A program made the position numbers and the translations under genes. Positions 62,495 to 64,000 of a DNA stretch of 64,000 bases are shown in pieces (position 1 is the stretch's first letter; every line of letters begins with the position of its first letter). This DNA is from Calditrichia bacterium (GTDB lineage: Bacteria; Calditrichota; Calditrichia; JAJRVZ01). A model generated the notes under the pieces. The model saw nothing but the letters and a program-made list of their open reading frames with translations, had not been told where the DNA came from and did no database searches. Location: contig CAWCNS010000006.1 in NCBI GenBank assembly GCA_963796965.1, forward strand, positions 384,001 to 448,000, written 5' to 3'.

Positions 62495-63867
62495 ATGAAG
62501 GTTTTCATAATTAGCTTATTGATGGTCTTACTCTTTAACGTTTCTGTCTTTTCACAGGCAGATGCGTTATCACTTTCAGATTGTATTGAAATCGCCTTAC
62601 AACACAACCCAACAATTGTCAGAACAATGAACACAGATGAAGCAGCTGATGAAGATGTCTTGGCCTCTTATTCTGGAATTCTACCACAAATAAATATGTC
62701 TGCTACCTCTGGGCGCGTAGATGCTGGGGTAAGAGAGACAGAAGGTGATGTTCCAGTTGGCGTCGACTCGCTCGGAAACTATATTTATCAACGTCGAACG
62801 ATATCTCAACCTGGATATTTAACAGATTTTAATAGATTTGGAGTGGATGTCTATCAAAATCTATTCGATGGAGGTGAATGGTGGGAGATGATTGGGTATG
62901 CGAAGTCACAAAAAAGGGCCTCTGCCTATAATCTGGTATCAACAGTAAATGCGACTGTTTATTCAACGCAAGAGGCATTTTTCAACGTCCTGAAGAACTT
63001 TCGATTATTGCAGGTTAATCAGAGTGCGGTTGAAAGAAGTCAGGATCAACTAAATAAGACAGAAAAGATGTTTGAATTGGGTGCTGTGGCAAAGGTTGAT
63101 GTATATCGCAGCCGTGTTAATTTGGGTAATGATAAAATTCAGATGTTGTTACAAAAGAATGCCTTACTAACATCAAAACAAAATCTCAATCTGGTTATGG
63201 GAAGAGATCCTCAAACACCTCTTGAAATCAAGCCGGAATTTGATTTACCCTCTGGCTTCCCAGATCCGGAAGAGTTATATCAACACGCGCTTGCTAAAAA
63301 TCCGGATCTGATGAGAGAAGGAGAAAATGTCAATAGCGCAGATATCGTTGTTTCTCGCTCTTATGCGGTCCTCTGGCCATCTTTAAGTGCATTTTTTAGC
63401 TATAGCCGTTCTCATGAAGGATTAGAGAAAGTATATGGATCGTGGGATAAAAACTGGAGCATGAACTGGGGACTATCTCTTCGATGGAACCTGTTCAACG
63501 GATTTAATGATAAAGTAAGAATCCAGAAAAATAAGCTGGCTCATCGTAGCTCTATGGTTACACAGGAAGAAATGAAACGAAATATTAAATCCAATATTGT
63601 TAATCAGGTGGATAATTTCACTTCCTATCTGGAAATCATTGAAATAAATGAAGGTAATCTTGAAGCAGCACAAGAAGAATTTCGTCTTGCTGAAGAAAGA
63701 TACGAATTGGATCGGGTACGGCTTTGGAAGTTCGTGAGGCGCAGGTAAATTTGAACAGGGCAGAGCAAACATTGGTTGCGGCAAAGTATAGTGCCAGGAT
63801 GACACAGGCAAGTCTTGAGCAAACTCTTGGTATTATATATAAGAAGAACGGGGAGAAACCGGAATGA
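62495..63867 (+). CDS. TolC-family outer-membrane efflux protein; frameshift near 63710
   Basis: LSLSDCIEIALQHNP, FELGAVAKVDV, NLFNGF. Alternate frame GSGTALEVREAQVNLNRAEQ... ends at TGA 63865-63867. Confidence 0.9.
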
Positions 63868-64000
63868 AAAAAATAATTATTATCTCTGTTGTAGTCGTTG
63901 CCGTAATTGCGCTTGGTTGTCGCGAATCTTATGAAAAAGGAAAAAGGAATTACGGTTGATATAGAGACAATTGAACGGGGAACAATAATGCAAAAGGTAA
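63864..64000 (+). CDS. Probable efflux periplasmic adaptor (MFP), 5' part only, with a frameshift near 63915
   Basis: ATGA overlap with TolC stop; MKKIIIISVVVVAVIAL then, shifted, VVANLMKKEKGITVDIETIERGTIMQKV. Confidence 0.65.

Overview
This is a bacterial chromosomal window. Gene content suggests a Gram-negative FCB-group organism, possibly Calditrichota-like; this is inferred from LPS genes, a Por/FlgD-type C-terminal domain remnant and the glgA-lipoprotein-OMP-TPR gene order. The left end looks origin-proximal: mnmG-rsmG-murQ with two parS sites. It is followed by a four-gene secreted glycan-degradation cluster (two GH38-type proteins), a housekeeping block (glgA, rpiB, glyA, tatC, polyprenyl synthase, GT9, waaA, trmJ), hflKC, serC, two Tat substrates and a GH3/serine-hydrolase fusion. 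The most notable locus is 53.0-59.8 kb, a putative RiPP/bacteriocin operon. It has a sigma54-type promoter, a C39-peptidase ABC exporter, a membrane protein, a MauE/DoxX plus CxxC thioredoxin pair, two tandem double-glycine precursors and an ABC-2 immunity-type transporter. One precursor is missing from the ORF track; both hydrophobic cores have Cys-X29-Cys. About ten genes are split by single small indels, most likely assembly errors. No rRNA, tRNA, CRISPR array or intact transposase was seen. All family assignments come from motif recognition by eye, not database searches.
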